A stretch of DNA of 64,000 bases from Ilumatobacter sp. (lineage in GTDB: Bacteria > Actinomycetota > Acidimicrobiia > Acidimicrobiales > Ilumatobacteraceae), in contig JBNMOS010000001.1 in the NCBI GenBank assembly GCA_051275435.1, positions 8,567 through 72,566 of the forward strand, written 5' to 3'. This document shows, one piece after another, positions 56,388 through 64,000 of this stretch. Below the pieces are notes generated by a model, which was not told the origin of the DNA, ran no database searches, and was given only the letters and a program-made list of their open reading frames with translations. How positions within the stretch are numbered: position 1 is the first letter of the stretch; each line of letters begins with the position of its first letter. The translations under genes were made by a program, and so were the position numbers.

Positions 56388-57677
56388 ATGACTGCGCCTT
56401 CCCGTCCACCGTCGGTGGACAAACTCGCCCGCTCGCTGAAGGCCACGGGCCTTCCGCACCCGATCCTCGTCGACATTGCCCGAGCGGCGATCGACGCCGG
56501 TGATCACGAATCAGCATCCGCACGCGCTGAGCAGTTTCGGCGCACCTTGCTGACACCTGTGGTCAACGCAACTGGTGTCCTCCTGCACACGAACCTTGGT
56601 CGGGCACCGCTCGCACACCACCAGGGAGCCGCGGCACAGACCGTCGAATTCGACCTGTCGACAGGTCAGCGAGGATCGCGTCAGGCCGCCGTCGGCCAAC
56701 TCTTCGCACGGTTGTGCGGCGCCGAGAAGGCAATGGTCGTGAACAACAACGCAGCTGCAGTGCTGCTCGTCGTTGCGGCGCTCGCCGAAGGGCGTGATGT
56801 ACCAGTCAGCCGTGGCGAGAGCGTCGAGATCGGTGGATCATTCCGTGTCCCGGAAGTGATCGAACAGTCCGGCGCCCGGCTCGTCGACGTCGGCACCACC
56901 AACCGCACCCGAGTGGCCGATTACGCAAAAGCGATCGCGCGCCCCGATGTCGACGCGGCGATGGTGCTCAAGATCCACCCGAGCAACTACCGGGTGGAGG
57001 GTTTCGTCGAGGAGGCGTCGATCGCTGACCTGGCGACGCTCGACGTGCCCGTGGTTGCCGACATTGGCAGCGGTCTCGTTGATTCCACATGTCCGTGGCT
57101 GCCTGGGGCGCCGCCAGCATGGTTGGCCGGCGAACCGGCCGCTGTGCAGGCCATTGCCGACGGAGCCGACTTGATCACGTTCAGCGGCGACAAGCTGCTC
57201 GGTGGCCCGCAGGCCGGGATCATCGCCGGTCGCGCCGACCTCGTCGATCAGTGCTTGCGTCATCCACTTGCTCGGGCGCTTCGGCCCGGTGGCCTGGTGC
57301 TCGCTGCGCTGCAAACTACTGCGCTGACCTACCTCGACAAGCGTGCTGCGACCGACATCGCGTTCTGGAAGATGGTCGCCACCCCGATTGCCGAGTTGCA
57401 AGAGCGAGCCGAGTCGATCGTCGATGCAATCCAGGTGGCCCATCCGAGCGCACGGGTCGAGTCGACCGAGGCATTGCCGGGTGCGGGCTCGGCGCCTGGC
57501 GTCACGATGGCGTCGGTCGGCGTGGTGATCGACGGTGACCTTCTCGAACCGCTCCGGCAGTTCGCCACGCCGGTGATCGCACGTTCGCGTGGCGACCGGA
57601 CATCGCTCGATCTGCGCTCGATTGACCCCGCCGACGATCAGATCGTGATCGATGCGCTGCGGGTGGCCCGCCGATGA
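56388..57677 (+). CDS. selA: L-seryl-tRNA(Sec) selenium transferase
   Basis: VNATGVLLHTNLGRAPL, VNNNAAA, SRGESVEIGGSFR, PLP site FSGDKLLGGPQAG. Confidence 0.93.
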   Translation: MTAPSRPPSVDKLARSLKATGLPHPILVDIARAAIDAGDHESASARAEQFRRTLLTPVVNATGVLLHTNLGRAPLAHHQGAAAQTVEFDLSTGQRGSRQAAVGQLFARLCGAEKAMVVNNNAAAVLLVVAALAEGRDVPVSRGESVEIGGSFRVPEVIEQSGARLVDVGTTNRTRVADYAKAIARPDVDAAMVLKIHPSNYRVEGFVEEASIADLATLDVPVVADIGSGLVDSTCPWLPGAPPAWLAGEPAAVQAIADGADLITFSGDKLLGGPQAGIIAGRADLVDQCLRHPLARALRPGGLVLAALQTTALTYLDKRAATDIAFWKMVATPIAELQERAESIVDAIQVAHPSARVESTEALPGAGSAPGVTMASVGVVIDGDLLEPLRQFATPVIARSRGDRTSLDLRSIDPADDQIVIDALRVARR

Positions 57678-59392
57678 CGGTCATCGCAACTGCTGGGCAC
57701 GTCGACCACGGTAAATCGTCGCTTGTTCAGTCGCTCACCGGCACGGACCCTGATCGATTAGAAGAAGAGAAGCGGCGCGGGTTGACCATTGACCTCGGCT
57801 TCGCGCACACGGTGTTGCCCTCCGGTGCCGAGCTGAGCTTCATCGACGTTCCTGGGCACGTGAAGTTTCTCCGCAACATGCTCGCTGGCGTCGGCGGTGT
57901 CACAGCGTGCGTCTTTGTCGTCGCCGCGACCGAAGGATGGAAGCCGCAGTCCGAAGAGCACCTCCGGATCCTCGAACTCCTCGGTATCGAGAACGGCATC
58001 ATCGCCCTCACCAAAGTCGACCTCGTCGACGACGAGTGGCTCGAACTCGCCGAACTCGAAGTTGCTGAACACGTCGCGGGCACGTTCCTTGAAGGCGCCC
58101 CGATGCTTGCGGTGTCGTCAATAACCGGGGTCGGGATGGACGCAATGCGGGTGGCGCTTGATGCGCTCATCGCCCGCAGCGCGGAGGCTGCTGACCGCAA
58201 GAGGCCCCGCCTGTGGCTCGACCGTGTGTTTGCCGCAAAGGGCAGCGGCACCGTCGGCACCGGCACGTTGGTGGGCGGCACGTTGCGGAACGACCAGTTG
58301 GTCAGCATCGAGCCGGGCGGCCACTCGGCGCGTGTTCGCACGATTCAAACTGCCGGGCAGACAGTCGAAACGATCGGCGCTGGCAACCGCGTTGCTGTCA
58401 ACCTCGCCGGCGTCGACCACAACGACCTGAAGCGCGGCGACGCAGTCATTGAACCCGATCGTTGGCGGCTCACCAGCCGATTCGACGCGTCGCTCCGGGT
58501 GCTCGACGCACTCGATCACGAGGTGTCGCGCCGTGGCGCATACGTCGCCTACATCGGGTCCGGTGAGTATTCCGTCAAGTTGCGCGTGCTCGGCGTCGAA
58601 GAACTGTCGCCCGGAGGCACCGGCGCGGTCAGGCTGTTCCTTCCGGCAGCAGTTCCGCTGCTGCCAGGCGATCGTTTCGTGCTCCGTGAATCCGGACGTG
58701 ACGAGACGATCGGCGGGGGAGAAGTGCTCGACATCGATCCCGTGCTGCGTGCGTCTCGTGCCGCACCCGATCGCAGTATCGATCGATTGGTCAGCGAGCG
58801 CGGATGGTTGACCGTTGACGAAATCGAGCAACTCACCGGTGAGGTCGTCGACCCGGTCATCGGTGAATGGGTCACGTCGGCCGAGTCGCTCGCCGAACTG
58901 ACCGAGACGGTTATTGCCCGGGTCGAAGAGGCTGGCCCCGCAGGCGTTGACCTCGCTGCGTTCGACGATCGTGAGCGGGCGATACTTTCGACTGCCGAAG
59001 AAGTAGTAGTCACTGCTGGCCTCGTCCAGCCTGCTGATGCGATCGATCCGTACGAGGATCATCCGGTGCTGGCCGAACTGCTTGACGGCGGATTCATGCC
59101 GCCGTCACTTGCCGACGTCGATCGCAACGACCTACGCGAGTTGGTTCGGCGTGGCCACGTCATTCAGCGTGATGGGATCGGGTTCCACCGCGATGCAATT
59201 GAGGCAGCGGGTTACGTCGCTGCGGAACTACTCGCAGAACATGCAGATGGGTTCACGGTGGCCCAGTTCCGTGACGCGACTGGCGCCAGCCGCAAGTTCG
59301 TGCTGCCACTCGTGGCCGAACTCGATGCACGCGGCGTCACACGACGCCGCGAAGACGTCCGTATCGGCGGCCCCCGGCTTCCTGCGGTGTAG
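57674..59392 (+). CDS. selB: Selenocysteine-specific elongation factor
   Basis: TAGHVDHGKS, DRLEEEKRRGLTIDLGF, DVPGH, C-terminal wHTH SRKFVLPL..LD..TRR. Confidence 0.93.
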   Translation: MTVIATAGHVDHGKSSLVQSLTGTDPDRLEEEKRRGLTIDLGFAHTVLPSGAELSFIDVPGHVKFLRNMLAGVGGVTACVFVVAATEGWKPQSEEHLRILELLGIENGIIALTKVDLVDDEWLELAELEVAEHVAGTFLEGAPMLAVSSITGVGMDAMRVALDALIARSAEAADRKRPRLWLDRVFAAKGSGTVGTGTLVGGTLRNDQLVSIEPGGHSARVRTIQTAGQTVETIGAGNRVAVNLAGVDHNDLKRGDAVIEPDRWRLTSRFDASLRVLDALDHEVSRRGAYVAYIGSGEYSVKLRVLGVEELSPGGTGAVRLFLPAAVPLLPGDRFVLRESGRDETIGGGEVLDIDPVLRASRAAPDRSIDRLVSERGWLTVDEIEQLTGEVVDPVIGEWVTSAESLAELTETVIARVEEAGPAGVDLAAFDDRERAILSTAEEVVVTAGLVQPADAIDPYEDHPVLAELLDGGFMPPSLADVDRNDLRELVRRGHVIQRDGIGFHRDAIEAAGYVAAELLAEHADGFTVAQFRDATGASRKFVLPLVAELDARGVTRRREDVRIGGPRLPAV

Positions 59393-59448
59393 CGGTCAGG
59401 CCGTGCCTGACCCCATGCCTGGCCCAGTGCAGGACACAGGGCGACCAG

Positions 59449-59721
59449 TCAGCTGGCGCGGAGATGCTTCCGTTCGAGATCGGTGAGGCCACCCCAGATG
59501 CCGAAGCGTTCGCCGTGGTCGAGGGCCTGTTCAAGGCAGTTCTCGCGAACCACGCATGATGCGCAGACTGTCTTTGCTCGCTTCTCGCGAGCAGCCTTGA
59601 TGGAGCGCTTCTCGGAGCGGAGCGGAGGGTAGAACGCGCTGCCCATATCGCCTTGACAGGCGGCCTTGCTGCGCCACTCAAAGGAATCGGGCTGTGATGG
59701 AACCAACTGCACACCGACCAC
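59449..59721 (-). CDS. WhiB-family Fe-S transcription factor (WhiB3/WhiD-like)
   Basis: W...AAC, AKTVCASCVV..C, GIWGGLT..ER. Confidence 0.9.
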   Translation of the reverse strand: MVGVQLVPSQPDSFEWRSKAACQGDMGSAFYPPLRSEKRSIKAAREKRAKTVCASCVVRENCLEQALDHGERFGIWGGLTDLERKHLRAS

Positions 59722-59772
59722 GGTAGGTGGTCGAGGTTCGCCCGGTCAAGGGACAATTCTGTGGAAGTGCGG

Positions 59773-61203
59773 CTATTCAGGCACTGTGGGTGATGTTGAC
59801 CCGGAGTTCACGCTCTCGTCATCGAGCGTTTCGTCGTCGTCTTTGCCGCGCATCTCGCGGTAGTCCTTCGCGGCGCCTTCGAGCGGCTCGACTTCGAGCG
59901 TGATCCCGTCGATCTCGGCGACGCGGACTTGTTCCCCGGCCAGCACCGGGGTGGCCCTGTTGGTACGGGCACGCCAGCGGCCCGCACCGATTTCGACCAC
60001 GCCGTCAGGGTCGACGTCAGTGATCACGGTGCCGACTTCGCCGATCATCCACTCACGACCGATGGTCGGTGTGGCGAATCGGGTGCGGACCATGTTCGGC
60101 ATGCCCACGATGAATGTGAGTGTGATGCCGCCGATGCCGGTGAGTAGCGCAATCCACGAGGGGCGCATGCTGGCGCCGGGCAATGATTCGAACAGGAACC
60201 ACGTTCCGATGATGGTCAGCAGCAAGCCGACGCCCGTCCAGAATCTTGGTATCCCAACTTGGACATCGACGGCGAAGGCAAGCATGGCCACGCCGATCAC
60301 CACGATGGCCCACGTTCGGGTCGGGAGCACCGAGAGCCCGCTGAAGGCAAGGAACGTGCACGCAGCGCCGACCACGCCACCCACACCGACACCGGCGGTG
60401 TAGAACTCGAACACGAGGAGTGCGAGGCCGGTGAGAAGCAGCAGGAAAGCGACCGGAGGGCTCGCGACCGTGTGGAACAGCTGGTCGATGAGTGACAGCT
60501 TGGAGAATCGCACCGTTGCCACGGTGTCGAAGCGGAGATTGCCGTCGTCGGTGACAACCTGCTCGGTGGTGAGCAACGTCGTACCGGACTCCTCGTAGCC
60601 GTTCATGGCCTGCAACATCGAAGTGACGGTGGGGATGCCTTCGTCGTCGATGCGCTGCTTGAAGATGTTCAGGGCCCGGGCTTCGCTGAGGCCGACTGAT
60701 CCCTGGCGGAGGGTCTCTGCAGCCACGCCGAAGTCGATGTCAGCAGAAGGAATTTTCAGTGGCACACCGATAAAGCCGACGCGGGCGCCGGGGGCCATGC
60801 CTGTGACGTCGGCCACGGCGAGCATCTGTGCAGCGGGCCCGTAGAAGCGGGACCCGGTGGGGCCAACCCACACGCCAATGGGTATCGGGGCGTTCGCGAT
60901 GTCGTCGAGCAGCTTGGCAACGACATCGTCATCGACAATCGTGCCGTCGCTGTTGACCTGCAGAATCAGTGCCTGAGCGCCGCCGTTCTGGGCCCGTTCG
61001 ATGGCGTTGCCGATCTCGTCGATCAGGATGTCGTCGATGAAGCCGCTCACCTGCAGCACATCAACCGGGGCGATGTTGGCGCCCCCTGGAGTCGTCACAG
61101 TGTCGACGCCGTCGCCTTCGTTGTCGGTCTGCGCATTTGCTGCGCCGCCGAACATCGAGAGCCCGGCCGCCATTGTGAGCAAAGCGATCGCTAGTCTGCG
61201 CAA
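59773..61203 (-). CDS. nfeD: NfeD-family membrane protein (long form; protease site apparently degenerate)
   Basis: Signal peptide, ClpP-like domain (AMAPG-like GMAPG), FEFYTAGVG TM bundle, C-terminal OB fold GVV..WRA. Confidence 0.82.
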   Translation of the reverse strand: MRRLAIALLTMAAGLSMFGGAANAQTDNEGDGVDTVTTPGGANIAPVDVLQVSGFIDDILIDEIGNAIERAQNGGAQALILQVNSDGTIVDDDVVAKLLDDIANAPIPIGVWVGPTGSRFYGPAAQMLAVADVTGMAPGARVGFIGVPLKIPSADIDFGVAAETLRQGSVGLSEARALNIFKQRIDDEGIPTVTSMLQAMNGYEESGTTLLTTEQVVTDDGNLRFDTVATVRFSKLSLIDQLFHTVASPPVAFLLLLTGLALLVFEFYTAGVGVGGVVGAACTFLAFSGLSVLPTRTWAIVVIGVAMLAFAVDVQVGIPRFWTGVGLLLTIIGTWFLFESLPGASMRPSWIALLTGIGGITLTFIVGMPNMVRTRFATPTIGREWMIGEVGTVITDVDPDGVVEIGAGRWRARTNRATPVLAGEQVRVAEIDGITLEVEPLEGAAKDYREMRGKDDDETLDDESVNSGSTSPTVPE

Positions 61204-61205
61204 AG

Positions 61206-62147
61206 GTGCCTCCGGAACATGAGAGTCCGCTGCAGTCGTTGACCGCCACGAATGTTGTCATTGTGGCGGGCAAAGGGGGTGTAGGGAAGACAACAGTAAC
61301 GGCTGTCATCGCTCGCGCGGCCAGCCGTGACGGACGGCGCGTGCTTGTGGTTGAACTCGACGGCAAGCCGACCCTCGACGAACTCCTTCGCAACGACGGC
61401 GATGGTGACCGCACCGACCCGTCTGGGGGCACTCTCGAAGTCGTCCACATTTCTGCCGCTGATGCTCTCGATGAATACCTCCGCGACCACGGCTTCCAGC
61501 GAATCGCCAAGCGATTGAACAAAACCGGCGTCATCGACATGGTCGGCACTGCGGCGCCGGGAATCGACGATGTGGTCGTGCTCGGCAAGATCAAGCAGTA
61601 CGAACAAAGCGGCGAATACGACGTGATCGTCGTCGACGGCCCGGCTGCTGGACATGCGATCACCTTCCTCACGTCGGCGACTGGTTTGGCCAACGCGGTG
61701 CGGAGCGGCCCGGTGCGGACTCAGTCTGACGGCGTGATCGAACTGCTGACAGATGTCGAGCGGTGCCAGGTCGTGTTGGTCACGCTTCCCGAAACGACCC
61801 CGGTCAACGAGGTCGTCGAAACGGCGTTCGCGCTCGAAGACGATGTCGGCGTCCAGCTCGGCCCGATCGTGGTCAACGCAGTCGACGGTGGCGCAGCGCT
61901 CCCCGATGTCGCTGCTGAGGACGCAGCACTCGCCGGCATGGCCGGTGACGACGCCGACGTGATTCGTGCGGCGGCGGCGTTCCGGCGTTCCCGGCGGGCT
62001 ATGGAGGACACCGAAATCAAGCGGCTGGCAAGCGAGATGCCCCTCGTGCAGTTGCATCTCCCGGCCCGCCTTGTGGCTGGCCTCACGTCCGCTGACATCG
62101 ACCTGATGGCCGACGCACTGACCGATTCGGAGTCCTATCGTGGCTGA
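61206..62147 (+). CDS. ArsA/GET3-like ATPase (Rv3679-like)
   Basis: GKGGVGKTT, APG, VVDGPAAGH, LPETTPVNE. Confidence 0.85.
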   Translation: MPPEHESPLQSLTATNVVIVAGKGGVGKTTVTAVIARAASRDGRRVLVVELDGKPTLDELLRNDGDGDRTDPSGGTLEVVHISAADALDEYLRDHGFQRIAKRLNKTGVIDMVGTAAPGIDDVVVLGKIKQYEQSGEYDVIVVDGPAAGHAITFLTSATGLANAVRSGPVRTQSDGVIELLTDVERCQVVLVTLPETTPVNEVVETAFALEDDVGVQLGPIVVNAVDGGAALPDVAAEDAALAGMAGDDADVIRAAAAFRRSRRAMEDTEIKRLASEMPLVQLHLPARLVAGLTSADIDLMADALTDSESYRG

Positions 62148-63240
62148 TCTCGGTGCGGTCATCGACAACTCGTCGGTCATCGTGTGCTGTGGTTCGGGTG
62201 GGGTCGGCAAGACCACCACTGCCGCCGTTCTTGGGCTCGAAGCAGCGCGGCTGGGTCGCCGTGCCGTGGTCGTCACCATCGACCCCGCCCGGCGTTTGGC
62301 GGATGCTCTCGGCCTTGTTGACGGCCTGGCAGCCGAGCCCCAGCGAATCGAACTTGACTCCCGGCCTGGTGATGCGCCGGACGGCGAACTCTGGGCGATG
62401 ATGCTCGATACGGCGGCGACGTTCGACGGGCTGGTCACTCGACACGCGTCTGACCCTGACCAAATCGAGCGGATTTTGACCAACCCGCTCTACCGGAACA
62501 TGGCTGGGGCGATGAGCGGCACGCAGGAGTACATGGCGGCCGAGACGCTGCACACCCTGCACGGCGACGACCGGTTCGATCTCGTTATCGTTGATACGCC
62601 ACCGAGCCGGAACGCCCTCGATTTCCTCGAAGCCCCCGGCGTGCTCGCGCGGTTCCTCGACCATCGAGCATTCAAGCTGCTGATGCTGCCGACCAAGGGT
62701 GGGCTCCGGGTGCTCGGCGCGGCGGCGCAACCGATCCTGAAGGCGATCGGCCGTGTCGTCGGATCTGATGTCCTCGCCGATGCGGTGGCGTTCTTCCAGG
62801 CCTTTGCCGGCATGGAGTCAGGGTTCCGTGATCGCGCCGATGAAGTGGTCGCGCTGATCAGAGCACCCGAGACCTCGTTCGTCATTGTTGCTTCCCCGCG
62901 TCACGACACGATCACCGAGGCCGTCTGGTTCGCCGAACAGCTGGTCGATCAACAGGTGGACGTCAGCGCAGCGATCATCAACCGCACGCAGCCCGCGTTT
63001 GGTGAGGGCACTGCTGAAGATGCTCGAGCAGCTGCGGAGGCCGCCAACGGCGAACTCGCTGCGCTGTGGCACAACGTTGCTGACCTCCGGACGCTCCGCG
63101 AGGCCGAGCATGAGGTGGTCTCCCCGCTCGGTGACGCCGTCGGGCACGACCGGGTGGCGCTGCTCCCGCTACTCGACAGCGATGTCCACGACCTTGACGG
63201 CTTGTACACGATTGCCGACCATCTCTTCGGACGTTCCTAA
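62140..63240 (+). CDS. ArsA/GET3-like ATPase (Rv3680-like)
   Basis: CCGSGGVGKTT, TIDPARRLA, SGTQEYMA, VDTPPSRNALDFL. Confidence 0.88.
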   Translation: MADLGAVIDNSSVIVCCGSGGVGKTTTAAVLGLEAARLGRRAVVVTIDPARRLADALGLVDGLAAEPQRIELDSRPGDAPDGELWAMMLDTAATFDGLVTRHASDPDQIERILTNPLYRNMAGAMSGTQEYMAAETLHTLHGDDRFDLVIVDTPPSRNALDFLEAPGVLARFLDHRAFKLLMLPTKGGLRVLGAAAQPILKAIGRVVGSDVLADAVAFFQAFAGMESGFRDRADEVVALIRAPETSFVIVASPRHDTITEAVWFAEQLVDQQVDVSAAIINRTQPAFGEGTAEDARAAAEAANGELAALWHNVADLRTLREAEHEVVSPLGDAVGHDRVALLPLLDSDVHDLDGLYTIADHLFGRS

Positions 63241-63255
63241 ACCTCGTGGCGCCCG

Positions 63256-63302
63256 CAAAGTGTGACGTTCCTGTCACGCTCCGGTCAGACCAAAGTGTGA
63301 CA
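63256..63302. repeat. 31-bp TGTCAC-type palindrome plus partial arm
   Basis: TGTCACGCTCCGGTCAGACCAAAGTGTGACA at 63272-63302; CAAAGTGTGAC at 63256. Confidence 0.85.
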
Positions 63303-63342
63303 ACACGGGTCGATGTGGGTTGACCGGATAACGTCTGGCCTC

Positions 63343-63804
63343 GTGAACATCCTTATTGCCACCGATGCCAGCTGGGTCGTCGATGACATCACGGCGGCAC
63401 TTGGCGCCGACGGCGTCACCTTCACTGTGTGCCGCGAAGGCCGAGTTGTTGCCGATCAAGTCGCCGAACGCCTGCCCGACCTGGCGATCCTCGATCTCCA
63501 AATTGGTTCCATGGGTGGCATGGCGGTGACCATGTCGCTGCGCCTGGACGAGTCGGGTGGCACGTTGCCGCACGTGCCAGTGCTGATGCTGCTCGATCGT
63601 AAGGCCGATCTCCACCTCGCTCGCCGAAGTGGTGCCGAGGGCTGGCTGATCAAACCGCTTGACGCTCTCCGCCTCAAGCGTGCGGCGAACGCCATCATGA
63701 ACGGCGGCACGTACACCGAGGGGATCCCGGTTCCCGAGGCTCTGATCGTCGATGAGCCCGAAGCTCACGAATCGACCGAGGAAGAACAGGCAACCGCCGG
63801 ATAA
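63343..63804 (+). CDS. Stand-alone response regulator receiver protein
   Basis: ILIATD, PDLAILDLQIG, GA..WLIKPLD; start GTG 63343. Confidence 0.85.
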   Translation: MNILIATDASWVVDDITAALGADGVTFTVCREGRVVADQVAERLPDLAILDLQIGSMGGMAVTMSLRLDESGGTLPHVPVLMLLDRKADLHLARRSGAEGWLIKPLDALRLKRAANAIMNGGTYTEGIPVPEALIVDEPEAHESTEEEQATAG

Positions 63805-63819
63805 CATCTCCAGTCGCTA

Positions 63820-63896
63820 CGGGGTGTAGCGCAGCTTGGTAGCGCGCCACGTTCGGGACGTGGAGGCCGGGAGTTCAAATCTCCCCACCCCGACCA
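63820..63896 (+). tRNA. tRNA-Pro (anticodon CGG)
   Basis: CGGGGTG acceptor stem, CCACG-TTCGGGA-CGTGG anticodon arm, GTTCAAAT T loop, encoded CCA. Confidence 0.97.
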
Positions 63897-63898
63897 AT

Positions 63899-63939
63899 GA
63901 GTCGTTCTGTCTGCGGACAGAGCGGCTCGTTTCGTTTTT
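63899..63939 (+). terminator. Intrinsic terminator after tRNA-Pro
   Basis: GAGTCGTTCTGTC-TGCG-GACAGAGCGGCTC followed by GTTTCGTTTTT. Confidence 0.75.
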
Positions 63940-64000
63940 CAGGGCCCAGCTGGGCTGGTTCAGTACCATGCGCGCATGGATCTGGTTGAGCTACAGAAGG

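Noticed and set aside
63820-64000. Integrative element at tRNA-Pro
   Set aside because: No integrase or att duplication is visible; the ORF starting at 63976 is cut off after 8 codons and cannot be identified

Overview
GC-rich, gene-dense chromosomal core region of an actinobacterium. The combination of mshA, WhiB proteins, GlnR, RsiG, a caa3 oxidase and crtI suggests Acidimicrobiia/Ilumatobacter-like; this is inferred, not searched. It holds about 67 CDS and one tRNA-Pro(CGG): carotenoid genes, xseAB, rmuC, mshA-ybjN-proC, a large cytochrome c oxidase cluster, serS, pdxH, a two-component pair, orn, whiB7/wblC with leader, Mrp/SufR-like/ErpA, glnR-glnA-glnII, nadE, dut, selA-selB, nfeD and an ArsA-like ATPase pair. 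I saw no CRISPR array, prophage or transposase. The most striking feature is a three-gene 'shadow oxidase' module (15061-18468) directly upstream of the intact caa3 operon. It encodes intact paralogues of subunit I, subunit III and a CtaF/cupredoxin-like fusion that have lost the heme/Cu-ligand and proton-channel residues. Other candidates: a uORF/antiterminator attenuator before whiB7, an unannotated ~90-nt sRNA, an IR/TSD-flanked cassette carrying an LLM gene, a family of 31-bp GGTCWGACC-centred palindromes, two more apparent pseudoenzymes (BcsA-like, NfeD) and pervasive leaderless promoters. All calls come from reading motifs by eye; no database search was run.
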